From: an uncultured Planctomycetaceae bacterium
Lineage (GTDB): Bacteria; Planctomycetota; Planctomycetia; Planctomycetales; Planctomycetaceae
Assembly (NCBI GenBank): GCA_963815195.1
Contig: CAWFGE010000013.1
Location: 608,001-672,000 of the forward strand
DNA length: 64,000 nt
Reading direction: 5' to 3'
Part shown: in pieces, positions 31,721 through 42,623 of the stretch
Layout: each line of letters begins with the position of its first letter
Position numbering within the stretch: position 1 is the stretch's first letter
Notes under the pieces: model-generated
Database searches by the model: none
The model's input: only the letters and a program-made list of their open reading frames with translations
What the model was told of the DNA's origin: nothing
Translations under genes and position numbers: made by a program

Positions 31721-32817
31721 TCATGCGGCCGATGCAGAACTGTCATCCGGCTTTGCAGCCGGTTTGGTCAATGATGTGATTTGAGCTTGAAGGGCTTTCA
31801 CCTGACGGACCAGTTCGCGAATCTGTTCCCGCATTTTGGGCAGCTTGCGAACGGCCATCATTTGTTTTCGCCCCTCATCGATGGGCTCGGCGGGGAAACC
31901 GATATACGTCTGGCCTCCCCCCAGCGACTTCGGGACGCCCGCCTTCGCGGCGAGCACCGTTTTTGCGCCAAACGGACGTGGTCGGCGACGCCCACCTGCC
32001 CGGCACAGACGACATAGTCGCCCGTCGTGACCGAGCCGGCAAATCCCACCTGCGAAGCCAGGATATTGTGCTGCCCCAATTGGCAGTTGTGGGCCACCAT
32101 CACGAGGTTGTCGATTTTCGTGCCCCGGGCGATCAACGTCACGCCGACGAGCGCCCGGTCGATCGTGGTGTTGGCCCCGATTTCCACGTCGTCTTCGATT
32201 TGCACGGTCCCGTAGTGCGGGATCTTTTGATGCCGGCCTTCGACGAGTTGATAACCGAACCCGTCCGCGCCGATCACCGCCCCGGCGTGAAGAATCACCC
32301 GCCGGCCGATCTGCACATCGTGATACAAAACGACGTTCGGATAAAGGATCGACTCATCCCCGATCTGGCAGCCCGGACCGATGCACACGCCCGGGTGGAT
32401 GTCGCAATTCTCTCCGATGACCACATGCTCGGCGATGTGAGCACCGGGATGAACGTTGGTGCTTTTACCGATTTGGGCCGAGGGATGCACGGTCGCGTGC
32501 GCGGAGACGCCGAACTCGGGCCGCTTCCGCTGTGGATGAAACATTTCCAAGACTTTGAGAAACGCCTGCCGGGCGTCTTGGACAATCAGCACGGTTTGGG
32601 AGACGCCTGGATGAAGGGATTCCGCGAGCGCCCCGCCCACGAGAAGCGCGGAGGCCCGGCACGATTTGAGGTTTCGCGCACGGGCTTCATCGCTGACGAA
32701 GGTGATCTCGCCTTCGCGGGAATGCTCCATATTTTGAGCGCCCGAGATAGACAGCGAGCGATCGCCCCGTACTTGGGCGGAGAGTTTTTCAGCCAATTGC
32801 TCAATGGTGAATGTCAC
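31721..32817 (-). CDS. lpxD: UDP-3-O-acyl-glucosamine N-acyltransferase; frameshift near 31970
   Basis: Hexapeptide repeats, IGADGFGY, EIGANTTIDR, TKIDNLVMVAHN, GQVGVADH; C-terminal G.PA.P in ORF 31721-31957. Confidence 0.93.
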
Positions 32818-33108
32818 GGTCCCAGAGTCCTTTCCGGGAGGGAGTATCCCTGAGTCTCGCCCCGCAAGTCCGGCGCGAATGGGGCTTTTACAAGAAAATC
32901 GCCTTCCAATGCAAGAGGGAATTCACCGGGTTTTCAGAGATTTTGAAACGATTACAAGGGCAGCGATTTGCGGGGAGTTCTGGTAAAATGCCAAAATCGA
33001 ATTGATCCGCTCCGTATCATCGGAAAAAAGAATCCGCAATCCTCCTTCGAGAAGCATCAATCGTCTTTACCGAAATCACTGCGTTTGTCGCAAACTGGGA
33101 GATTCCTC

Positions 33109-34575
33109 ATGCGCTTGCACCACATTGGCAACTGGATCGGTCTCTGTTTGGCTTGGATGGGAATGACGTTCTCCGTCCCCGCGAGCCGGGCGGCGGAGAA
33201 ACCGAATATCGTCCTGGTGATGGCGGACGATCAGGGTTGGGGCGATATGGGTTATTATGGGCACCCGGCGATCAAGACGCCCAACTTCGATGAAGCGGCC
33301 GGGACCGGGCTGCGGTTCGACCAGTTTTACGCGGCGGCCCCGGTGTGCTCGCCGACGCGGGCCAGCGTGATGACGGGCCGGCATCCGAACCGCATGGGCG
33401 TGTTCAAGTGGGGTTATCCCATCCGCCCGCAGGAAGTCACCATCGCCGAGGCCCTCAAAACGGCCGGCTATGCGACCGGACACTTCGGCAAATGGCATTT
33501 GGGATCCGTGCGGAACGAAAGCCCCGTGCATCCGGGCCACAACGGGTTCGATGAATGGCTGAGCGCCCCGAACTTCTACGACAACAACGCCATCCTCAGC
33601 CACAAAGGCAAGGCCATCCAAACCGAGGGCGAAAGCTCGCACGTCACCGCGGACGCGGCCCTCCAATGGATGGGCGAAAAAGTCGCCAGCGGAGACCGCT
33701 TTCTCGCGGTCGTCTGGTTCGGTTCGCCCCACGGCCCTCACCAGGCCGCCGAGGAAGACCGCAAACTCTACGAAGACCAACCCAAAAACAAACAGAACTA
33801 CTACGGCGAAGTCACCGGCATGGACCGGGCCTTCGGCAAGATTCGCGACGGCCTCTCGAAGCTCGGCATCCGCGAAAACACAATCCTCTGGTATTGCAGC
33901 GACAACGGTGCCCTCCCCGGAGTCGGTTCCAGCGGCGGCCGACGCGGGAACAAAGGCAACATCTATGAAGGCGGTCTGATGGTCCCCGCGATTCTGGAAT
34001 GGCCCGCCCGCATCCCCAAACACCGCGTGACCAACGTGCGGGCCAACACCTGCGATATCTATCCGACGCTCTTGGACATCGTCGGCGTGAAAGTCGAACA
34101 CCAGCCCGTGCTCGACGGCATCAGTTTATTGCCGCTGATCGAAGGCCGCATGGAGCGCCGGCGCAAACCGATGGGCTTTTGGGATTATCCGAAGCCCGGC
34201 ATCAGCACGCCCTCGGCAAAATGGATGGGCGACCTCTTAAAGGCCCAACAAGCCGGCGGCGATTTGGCTCCGCATCCTTCCAGCCAGAACGCCGCCCAAT
34301 TGCCGAGCCCGCCCTATCCCACCGATCACTTCCCCGGCCACTCCGCGTGGATCGACGGCGATTGGAAACTCCACCGCATCGAAAACAAACAGGGCAAAGT
34401 CAAATGGGAACTCTATAACCTCGCGAACGATCCCGACGAAAAATCCGACCTCGCCGAACAGGAAACCGCCGGCATCAAGGAAATGCAAAAAGGGTTACAA
34501 GCCTGGCTCAAATCCGTCGTCCAAAGCCTCAACGGCGAGGATTATGCGAAGGATTCAAGTTCAAACGGACAATGA
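33109..34575 (+). CDS. Sulfatase (S1 family, arylsulfatase-like)
   Basis: Signal peptide, KPNIVLVMADDQG, CSPTR, GKWHLG, SDNG. Confidence 0.93.
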   Translation: MRLHHIGNWIGLCLAWMGMTFSVPASRAAEKPNIVLVMADDQGWGDMGYYGHPAIKTPNFDEAAGTGLRFDQFYAAAPVCSPTRASVMTGRHPNRMGVFKWGYPIRPQEVTIAEALKTAGYATGHFGKWHLGSVRNESPVHPGHNGFDEWLSAPNFYDNNAILSHKGKAIQTEGESSHVTADAALQWMGEKVASGDRFLAVVWFGSPHGPHQAAEEDRKLYEDQPKNKQNYYGEVTGMDRAFGKIRDGLSKLGIRENTILWYCSDNGALPGVGSSGGRRGNKGNIYEGGLMVPAILEWPARIPKHRVTNVRANTCDIYPTLLDIVGVKVEHQPVLDGISLLPLIEGRMERRRKPMGFWDYPKPGISTPSAKWMGDLLKAQQAGGDLAPHPSSQNAAQLPSPPYPTDHFPGHSAWIDGDWKLHRIENKQGKVKWELYNLANDPDEKSDLAEQETAGIKEMQKGLQAWLKSVVQSLNGEDYAKDSSSNGQ

Positions 34576-34666
34576 TTTCTGAAAAGATTTGACCAGCGGT
34601 CGGCTTCTTTCCGGCCGGTCGGAGAAACCATTACCGGAATTCCAATATCGCGCAGGTTGGCGACAA

Positions 34667-35710
34667 TTATTTCCTAGTGGCGACGGTCGTTTGCTTGCCT
34701 TCGGGGCCGATTTGTACGGTGTAGCTCTTGCCGTCCGGGGCGACCGAGGCTTTCACCCAGACGCCCTCGCAGCCCGCGGTGCCGCCGTGGTTGGCGATGA
34801 ACTCCTGCGGGGTCTGCTCGTCATCCTTCAGCTTGATGTTGCGGTGGAGTTGATAAAAGTGTTTCAGCGATTTGCATTTCCTCAAAGTCGCAATCGTGTC
34901 GCCGTGGCCGCCTTTCGCCGGGCCGTTGCACATCACCGCGACCACGGGATCGATCGCCCGCACGAGGACGGGATTGTTGCTCGCGGCCAGACCGTGGTGG
35001 GTCACCATAAACAGATCGACCTGGCCCAACGGGTTGTTGGGCGTGACGAGCTTGGCTTCGACGTTCCACGTCAAATCCCCGCAGCAGAGAAATTTAAAAT
35101 CGCCGAACGCGAGGAGAAAGCTCAGGCTCGCCGCGTTATCCGACGGATCGCGCGGCCGCGGCTGGTTTTCTTCCGCGAACGGGTTCGGCTCGCCTTCGTT
35201 GGGAATCACCTCCCGGCTCGCGGTGACGATCTTCACCGACAACGGCGTCTCGCCCGACTTCAAAGGCAGCATGTCCCCGGCCTTCAAGGTCTTCGATTGA
35301 TTCTGGCTCGCCGCCCGGTACGCAAAGATGCGGTCGGCGAAGGCTTTGTCCTCCGCGAGCCCCGCGGGGATGCCCCGGTCCCAGAAGTTCTGGATCTTGA
35401 TCTTCGCCGCGAGCACTGCATGGTTGCCGTAGTGGTCCAGATGCCAATGCGTGACGGCCGCGTGATCCAGCCGCGACTTCTTGGCGATGTCGCGGACGAC
35501 CTTCAAAATCCGGTCGCGGTCGCGGCCGCCATTGTCGGGATAGCCGGAATCGATCAGCAGCGATTCCCCCGCGGGCGTGACGATCAACGTCGCCGCTCCG
35601 CCTTCCACATCGATGAAATAAAAGTCCAGCCGGCCGTCCCGCTCATCGGCCATCGCCGGCAGAGACACGAACAAGCCCAACACCACCAACGCACAGAGCA
35701 GGTTTCTCAT
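34667..35710 (-). CDS. Secreted MBL-fold (ComEC/Rec2-like) metallo-hydrolase
   Basis: Signal peptide, FIDVEGGAATLI, LLIDSG, THWHLDHYG, FLCCGDL, VTHHG. Confidence 0.85.
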   Translation of the reverse strand: MRNLLCALVVLGLFVSLPAMADERDGRLDFYFIDVEGGAATLIVTPAGESLLIDSGYPDNGGRDRDRILKVVRDIAKKSRLDHAAVTHWHLDHYGNHAVLAAKIKIQNFWDRGIPAGLAEDKAFADRIFAYRAASQNQSKTLKAGDMLPLKSGETPLSVKIVTASREVIPNEGEPNPFAEENQPRPRDPSDNAASLSFLLAFGDFKFLCCGDLTWNVEAKLVTPNNPLGQVDLFMVTHHGLAASNNPVLVRAIDPVVAVMCNGPAKGGHGDTIATLRKCKSLKHFYQLHRNIKLKDDEQTPQEFIANHGGTAGCEGVWVKASVAPDGKSYTVQIGPEGKQTTVATRK

Positions 35711-35728
35711 AAGGGATCCTTCGAGGAT

Positions 35729-35846
35729 GTGTCCCTTTCCACTCGGGGGACAGGACGCAAAAAAGGTTTTGTCCCCTCGGGCGAGAGGGAACGCAAAAAA
35801 GGTTTTGTCCCCTCTCCCCTTGGGGGAGAGGGTGAGGGTGAGGGGG
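35729..35846 (+). repeat. Family F REP-like hairpin with upstream partial tandem duplications
   Basis: cccctctccccttgggggagagggtgagggtgagggg (35809-35845); acgcaaaaaaggttttgtcccctc repeated at 35755 and 35791. Confidence 0.65.
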
Positions 35847-36071
35847 CCGAGCGGCTTAATCGCAGAGCCGCCCGCAGCACAACAATTCACCAGATTATGC
35901 CCCAACCGGCGGCCTCTCGCAAATGGCCGGCGTCCCGGCCGACGTTCGTTCCCAGAAAACGCGCGGCCCGAATTGAACAAACCGGCCGGATGCGATAACG
36001 TCGAAGAGGAGGAATCCGCCGGGCGATTCTCCCGCGATTGGCGTCTGTTCGAGGCAAGAAAGGCTGACGGC

Positions 36072-38955
36072 ATGAAAGGCTGGCCGACAATTCTGTTGAT
36101 GCTCCATTTCGCGGCGACGGCGGTGTCCGCGGCCGGGGAGGATCCGTTCCAGACGGCCCGGCTGCATCGTCAAAAAGGCCGGTACGCCGAAGCCGAGGCG
36201 GAGCTCAAACAACTCACGGAGCAAAAGGCCGACCCGCGCGCCTCGCCGTCGAGTTGAGCCGGGTGTACGAGGCGGCGGGCCGCTGGAAAGACCTCACCGA
36301 AACCCTGGAAGCCGCCACCAAGGATCACGCCGAAAATCCCGATTTGCTGGCCCGGCTCGCGGAAGCCTATTTTCTCCAAGGCCGCTATCCCGAAGCCGAG
36401 AAAATCGCCCTGCGCGTGCTGAAACTCGACGGCCAGCATCCGTTGGCCCATTTCGTCCTGGCCGACATCCAGACTGAAACCGGCCGGCTGGACGAGGCAA
36501 TCGAGAGCTATGTGTGGTTCGTGCGGTTCTATAACCGCGCACAGCCGACCGATGCGGAAACGCTCGGACTCATCGCCCGCGGTTCGCTGCAATACGCCCG
36601 CTGGAAAGCGTCTTCGCAGATCCTCAAGTTTGTCATCAACACGTTATGCCCCGATGCCCTCAAAGCGGACGAGAACTATTGGCAGGCCCACCAGATCGCC
36701 GGCGATTTGCTCTTGGAAAAATACAACCGCGCCCAGGCGCTCCCCGAACTCCGCCGGGCCTTGGTCATCAATCCGCGGGCGGCGGATGTGTTGGTTTCGC
36801 TGGGGAGCGCCGCCTTGCAAAAGCACGACATCAAAGAAGCCGAGACCTACGCGGACCAGGCCCTCAAGATCAATCCACACCACATCGCCGCGTGCTGGCT
36901 CAAGGCCGACCTGTTTATCGAGGAAGGCCAGTTCTCCAAGGCGCAAGAATTTATAGACGCCGCCTTGGCCGTCAACCCGCATGAGCAGCGAACTCTGGCC
37001 CGCCAGGCTGCGATTGACATCCTCCGCGACGGTCCCCCCCCGGCGGAGGATTTGAAAGACCTGCTCGCGAAGCTCTCTACCATTCAGATCAAGAACTATG
37101 AACTGGACGAGTCCGACAAGTTTAGAAAACTCGTGATCGATCTGGCCAGGCGCAATCCGCATCCGGGTTACTTTTTGTCGATCCTCGCGGAGACCTTGGA
37201 ATCCCGCCGCAAGTACGACCTGGCCCAGACATTTTATGAAGCCGCCATCGACTCCATGCCGCAACTCTCCGCGCCAAAACTTCGCTGGGCATGCTCTCTA
37301 TGCGGATCGGCAAAACCGCAGAGGCGAAAAAACTCCTCGACGATGCGTTCGACGCCGACCCGTTCCATGTCCGCGTGAGCAACATGCGGAAAGTGCTCAA
37401 GCTTTTGGACGGATACGAAACAATTTCCACCGACCATTTTGTGATTCGTGTGGATTCGGAGCTCGATAAAGTTCTGGGCCAATATATGGCCGACTACCTG
37501 GAAGAGATCTATCCCGAGCTCACCAGGCAATTCGGCTACGAGCCCCCGCAGCGGACGCATTTTGAGATCTATAACAAAGCCAACGGGCTCTCCGCCCATC
37601 AATGGTTCAGCGCCCGCATGGTGGGCCTGCCTTGGATTCAAACGATCGGTGCGTCCACGGGAGTGATCGTCGCCCTGGCTTCGCCCACGGCGGCGGACGA
37701 GCCGTTCAACTGGGCCCGCGTGCTCAAGCACGAGTTCGTGCACATCATCACCTTGCAGCAGACGAAGTTCAATATCCCGCACTGGTTTACCGAAGCCCTC
37801 GCGGTGTCGGCGGAAGGCGGCACCCGGCCGGAGATTTGGAACGAACTCCTCTTAATCCGCGTTCCCAAGGGCGAGCTTCGCAGCCTCGATGAGCTCAATG
37901 ATGCATTCAGGCGTCCCAAAACTCCCGCGGACTGGCAGTTCGCTTATTGTCAAAGCCGGCTGTACGCCCAATATATGATCGAGACCTACGGCAAAGACAC
38001 GATCCCTAAAATGCTCGACGCCTATCGGCGGAATGTCTCCACCAACGACGCCATTCCCAAGGTCTTCGGCGTCACGGTCGAGGAGTTCGAAACAGGCTAT
38101 CGGAACTTCTTAAAGAAGCTCGTCACCGAAATCGAAGGCGGGGTTCCGGAAGAGAAGCAAACGCTCGCCGAGTTGGAAAAGGCTTATGGGGCCAATCCCA
38201 AAGACGCCAAGACCGCCGGCCGATTTGCCGAGGCTTTGCTGGAGCTTCGCAAATGGGACGAGGCGAAAGACATCGCGGAGAAAGCGATCGAACTCGACAA
38301 GACCGAACCCCACGCCGCGATCGCCTTGGCGAAGCTGGAGGTCCGGGACCGCGACGTTCCCCGCGCGATCGGCTACCTGGAGCCGGCATTGGGCGATCCT
38401 CCCCATCGCGAGGTGCTGGAACTCCTGGCCCGGCTCAAGCTCGCGGAGCAGAAAACTCTCGAAGCCCGCGAACTCTACCGGAAAGGTCAGAAGGCATTCC
38501 CGCATTCCTCGACCTGGCTGAAAGGCCTGGCGGCCGTCGCGCTTCGGATGGATGACGAAGCCGGTTTGAAGTCGGCTCTCGTAGAACTCGCGGAGCGCGA
38601 GATCGACAGCCCGGCCTATCCTAAAAAGCTCGCACAGATGGCCCTCGCGGAAAAAGACTATGAGACCGCGAGAACCTATTGCATTAAGACCTTATATATC
38701 GACGTGATGGATGCCCCGACCCATCAGATGCTCGGCGAGGTTTACGCGGCGATGAATCAACATAAAAAGGCGGTGCAGGAATATAAAGTCACCCTGCAAC
38801 TCGCCCCCGCGACCGTGGAAGCCGAGCTTGGTTTGGCGAACTCCTATATTCAGGAAAAACAGACGAAGGAAGCGAGGGATGTCTTGGAAACGCTCTTGAA
38901 ACGCGATCCCGACAATGCAGCGGCGCGGGCGTTATTGAAGCAGATTAAGAATTAG
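36072..38955 (+). CDS. Secreted TPR-repeat protein with a central HExxH (peptidase MA-like) domain; frameshifts near 36240 and 37280
   Basis: Signal peptide MKGWPTILLMLHFAATAVSA; TPR helices; VLKHEFVH...PHWFTEALA. Confidence 0.8.
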
Positions 38956-39007
38956 ATCCAAGCAGATCAGGAACAAGCAGCACGGATTGACAGCGATAAG
39001 GAATGCA

Positions 39008-39235
39008 TTAGCCGCGTAGCGGCGGCAGCATACAGCTGCGGGCGTAAGCCCATAGTTTCAGTTCGGTGAAACAGATAAAGCCGCGTAGCGGCGACAGCAA
39101 TTCATAACGTTTGTTTTCGAGTGTTTCCTGTTCGCGGATTTGCTAGCGCCGCTTCGCGGCTCAACATGAGTTTGGGGGACTTCGGATCTGCGGGCTGGCG
39201 CCCGCAGCTAGATGCTGCCGCCGCTTCGCGGCTAA
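39008..39235. repeat. Family D nested palindromic element (REPIN/MITE-like)
   Basis: Terminal IRs ttagccgcgtagcggcggcagcat...gggcgtaagccc / gggctggcgccc...atgctgccgccgcttcgcggctaa, plus an inner inverted pair at about 39079 and 39140. Confidence 0.82.
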
Positions 39236-39313
39236 GACAAGGGCAAACGTTCGCCGCCGGTTTATTTCTTGTATCGATTTCTCAAATGCACCTTAACGAA
39301 TATTCAATCTTCA

Positions 39314-39631
39314 ATGCCTTCTGATATAACTCGCCCCCTGACGCTCGCCGGCGTGCAGCGATTGATTGCGGAGACCTATTCTCAAAAAGATGCAGCGCGC
39401 GGAGTGGAGGGGACCTATATGTGGTTGATGGAGGAAGTGGGCGAACTCTCGGCCGCGCTTCGCGAAGGCGATGCGCCGGCGCTCGCGGCGGAGTTTGCGG
39501 ACGTCTTGGCGTGGCTCGCCACCTTGGCGAATGTTTCGGGCGTGAATCTCGAAGAGGCCTTCCAAGACAAATACGGCCAGGGCTGCCCCGGCTGCGGACA
39601 CACGCCTTGCACATGCCAGGTGAAACCGTAA
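39314..39631 (+). CDS. MazG-like nucleotide pyrophosphohydrolase with C-terminal Cys cluster
   Basis: WLMEEVGELSAAL...EFADVLAWLATLAN; CPGCGHTPCTC. Confidence 0.85.
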   Translation: MPSDITRPLTLAGVQRLIAETYSQKDAARGVEGTYMWLMEEVGELSAALREGDAPALAAEFADVLAWLATLANVSGVNLEEAFQDKYGQGCPGCGHTPCTCQVKP

Positions 39632-39675
39632 TCGATTTCAACGCATCTGCTTTTAGATTTTAGAGTGAGACATCC

Positions 39676-40815
39676 ATGCAGGACATCCTGGAAACGCTCG
39701 AAACGGCTCTCCGAAAAGGCCAAGCCGTGGCCTATACGGCCCTCGTGGAGACCCGCGGATCGACGCCCCAAAAAGCCGGGGCGGTGATGCTCGTGTTTCC
39801 CGACGGTTCGCAGGCGGGAACCTTGGGCGGCGGCTGCGTCGAGGCCGAGGTCAAACGCCGGGCCCTCAAGCAGCTTACCGAGAACCGGCGCGAGATATTA
39901 ACGTATCAACTCGACAGCGATTATGGCTGGGACGATGGGCTGATTTGCGGCGGCCGGATGACGATGCTCGTCGACCCCGTCTCTCCCGAAGAAGACCAAA
40001 ACTACTTTCAGCGACTGCGGGAGTTGACCAGCCTCGGACAAGGCTGCACCGAGACCGTGGTCTTCAATGTCGATAGGGCCGAGGATTCGGATCCTCCAAG
40101 CGGCCGCGCGGGGGACCGGTTTCTGCTCGACCGGGAAGGCAACATCGTGGCCTCGCGTGCCGAGGGCCCGCCGCCGGAGGGCTTGCTTCGCAATCTGCGA
40201 TCGTTGGACAAACGGCCCCGGCCTTATGTGACGGCGGGCATCTCCTACCTGCCCCGGCTCAAGCGGTGTCGATTGGTGATCGTCGGGGCGGGACACGTGG
40301 GGCAAAAGGTGGGAGAGCTCGCGGCCGACGCGGACTTCGACGTCTGGGTCATCGACGACCGCGAGAGCTATTGCAATGCGGAGCGGTTCCCGGAAGCGAA
40401 GCGGTTGATCGTGAATCCCATCGACGTGGCCCTCAAGAATCTGGAAGTCGACCCCGATACGTTTTGCATCATCGTCACGCGGGGCCACAACCACGATGAA
40501 GAGGCCCTGTTTTTTCTCGCCGAAACAAACGCCCGCTACGTGGGCCTGATCGGAAGCAAGCGGAAGATCAAGTTGATCTTCGAAGATTTGCTCGCCGAGG
40601 GCATCGCCCGCGAAGCGTTGGAGCGAGTGCATGCCCCGTTGGGTTTTGACATCGGCTCGCAAACGGTCCCCGAGATTGCGATCAGCATCGTCGCAGAACT
40701 GATCGCGTGCCGAAACCTGGGCGAGGAGCCACTGTCTTTGGAGCGTCGGAGCTTGATCTCCGAATTGCCCGGACCGGCCGGCTCGAACAGCACCGAAGCC
40801 CCCGACAATGGATGA
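39676..40815 (+). CDS. xdhC: XdhC/CoxI family molybdoenzyme accessory protein
   Basis: TRGSTPQKAGA, GTLGGGCVE, GLICGG, VGAGHVG, VTRGHNHD, YVGLIGSKRK, APLGFDIGSQTVPEIAISI. Confidence 0.88.
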   Translation: MQDILETLETALRKGQAVAYTALVETRGSTPQKAGAVMLVFPDGSQAGTLGGGCVEAEVKRRALKQLTENRREILTYQLDSDYGWDDGLICGGRMTMLVDPVSPEEDQNYFQRLRELTSLGQGCTETVVFNVDRAEDSDPPSGRAGDRFLLDREGNIVASRAEGPPPEGLLRNLRSLDKRPRPYVTAGISYLPRLKRCRLVIVGAGHVGQKVGELAADADFDVWVIDDRESYCNAERFPEAKRLIVNPIDVALKNLEVDPDTFCIIVTRGHNHDEEALFFLAETNARYVGLIGSKRKIKLIFEDLLAEGIAREALERVHAPLGFDIGSQTVPEIAISIVAELIACRNLGEEPLSLERRSLISELPGPAGSNSTEAPDNG

Positions 40816-41886
40816 GCTGTCTCTTTATGATTACGAGCTGCCGGCGGAGTTGATCGCGGCTCATCCCTTGGCCAACCGGACCGATGCGCGAATGCTCGTC
40901 GTCCACCGCGCGGATGGGACGTTTTCGCATCGCCGGGTTTCGGATCTTCCCGAACTTCTCAACGCTCAGGATTGCCTGGTGCTTAACGACACCAAGGTTT
41001 TGCCGGCGCGGCTATTCGGCTATCGATCCCGGACCGGCGGGAAATGGGAGGGGCTGTTTCTGGGCACCGATTCCCGCGGGCATTGGAAACTGATGGGACA
41101 AACCCGCGGGAAACTCGAGGCCGGCGAAGAGCTGATCGTCGTCCCGGCCTCGTCCATCAAAAATTCTCTTTCCGCGGAGGCGACTCCGAAGGAACATTTT
41201 CGGTTGAAGCTTCTCTCGCGGGACCGAGAAGGCCTATGGCTGGCGGAGGTGGAACCGCCCGGCGATCCCGTGGATCTGCTGAACCGCTTCGGCACGATGC
41301 CTTTGCCTCCTTATATGAAGCGGCCGGTGGCGGAGGCGGCGGACTTTGAGCGATATCAAACGACCTATGCCCGCCGGCCGGGCGCGGTCGCGGCTCCCAC
41401 GGCGGGGTTGCATTTCACGCCCGAGCTGTTTGAAGAATGCCAGGCGAAGCAGATCCGCCGAACGTTTGTGACGCTGCACGTTGGCGTGGGGACGTTTCGC
41501 CCGATCGCGGTGGATCGGCTCAGCGAGCATCACATGCACGCCGAGTGGTGCGAGTTGTCTTCCGAGACGGCGGCGGCGATTGAAGAGTCGAAGCAAAAAG
41601 GCGGCCGGGTCGTCGCAGTGGGAACCACGAGCGTGCGGACGTTGGAAAGCGCCTCGCGGGAAGGTTCCCTCAAACCGTTCCGCGGGGAAACCGATCTGTT
41701 TATCCGCCCGGGGCATACCTTTGCGCGGTCGATGTGCTATTTACGAATTTCCATCTTCCCAAATCGACATTGTTGGTTCTGGTGTCGGCGTTCGCGGGGT
41801 TGGACCTGATCCAAACAGCGTATCGAGAAGCCATCCGCGAGCGCTACCGTTTCTACAGTTATGGGGATGCGATGTTGATCTTGTGA
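40808..41886 (+). CDS. queA: S-adenosylmethionine:tRNA ribosyltransferase-isomerase; frameshift near 41725
   Basis: [53 protein letters not shown]; the shifted frame gives LTNFHLPKS...[11 protein letters not shown]. Confidence 0.95.
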
Positions 41887-41948
41887 TGAGAAACACGATC
41901 CGCGTCGGGAATTGACGGGATAAATCGAATTATGTTGGAAGCCTCTTT

Positions 41949-42408
41949 ATGCAACGGTTTTTGATTGGCTTGTCGCGATTGGCGATCTCGGCTTGGGTGG
42001 GGGCGGCGGTATTGTTTGTCGTCACCGGGGTGCGGGAAGTCCGCGCCGGAACTCGATTCTATTGTTCGTGATGTCTTGGTGACGGTTCGGTTCCCGGCGT
42101 TTTATGCGTTTGGATTTGCATTGGTTGGAGTTGCGTTTCTCTCCACAGCGGCAGCGAGCTTCGCCGCGGCTGGGAGTCGCCGGCGGCTGTTGTTTCTTGC
42201 GGGTGTTCTTTTGATCGCGTTGTTGGTGATGGCGGGGGATTATTTCTATATCTATCAGCCGCTGGTGGAGATGGTCACGCCGCCGGGAAAGAGCCGACCC
42301 GCGGAGTTTGTGAGCTATCACAAAGCTTCGAAGTGGGTGAACAGCTTCGCGATTTTGCTGTGCGCGGTCGCGGCGATCGGTCTGTGCGGGCAAAAGAGCG
42401 GCGAGTAA
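41949..42408 (+). CDS. Small multi-TM membrane protein (DUF4149-like); frameshift near 42035
   Basis: MQRFLIGLSRLAISAWVGAAVLFVV, then VRFPAFYAFGF...FVSYHKAS in the shifted frame. Confidence 0.6.
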
Positions 42409-42439
42409 GGACCATTCGAGAAATCACTGTCTAAAGATC

Positions 42440-42585
42440 AGCCGGAACGCGTTAGTGTCCGGTTCTTCCCAAGAACCGGGGCGGACCACCCTGCGGGCGG
42501 TGCCACCCTGCGGGCGGTGCCCCCCTGCGGGCGGTGCCCCCCTGCGGGCGGTGCCCCCCTGCGGGCGGTGCCCCCCTGCGGCTAA
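42440..42585. repeat. Family G REP doublet whose right arm contains a 17-bp tandem array (about 5.6 copies, 42486-42581)
   Basis: gccggaacgcgttagtgtccggttc...gaaccggggcgga(cc[a/c]ccctgcgggcggtg)x5 cccccctgcggctaa. Confidence 0.85.
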
Positions 42586-42623
42586 TAAATCGGACAATTA
42601 TTGATCGAGCGATCCTAAGCCCT

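Noticed and set aside
42486..42581. CRISPR array or iterons
   Set aside because: Head-to-tail 17-mers with no spacers and no rep gene; explained by amplification inside a REP.
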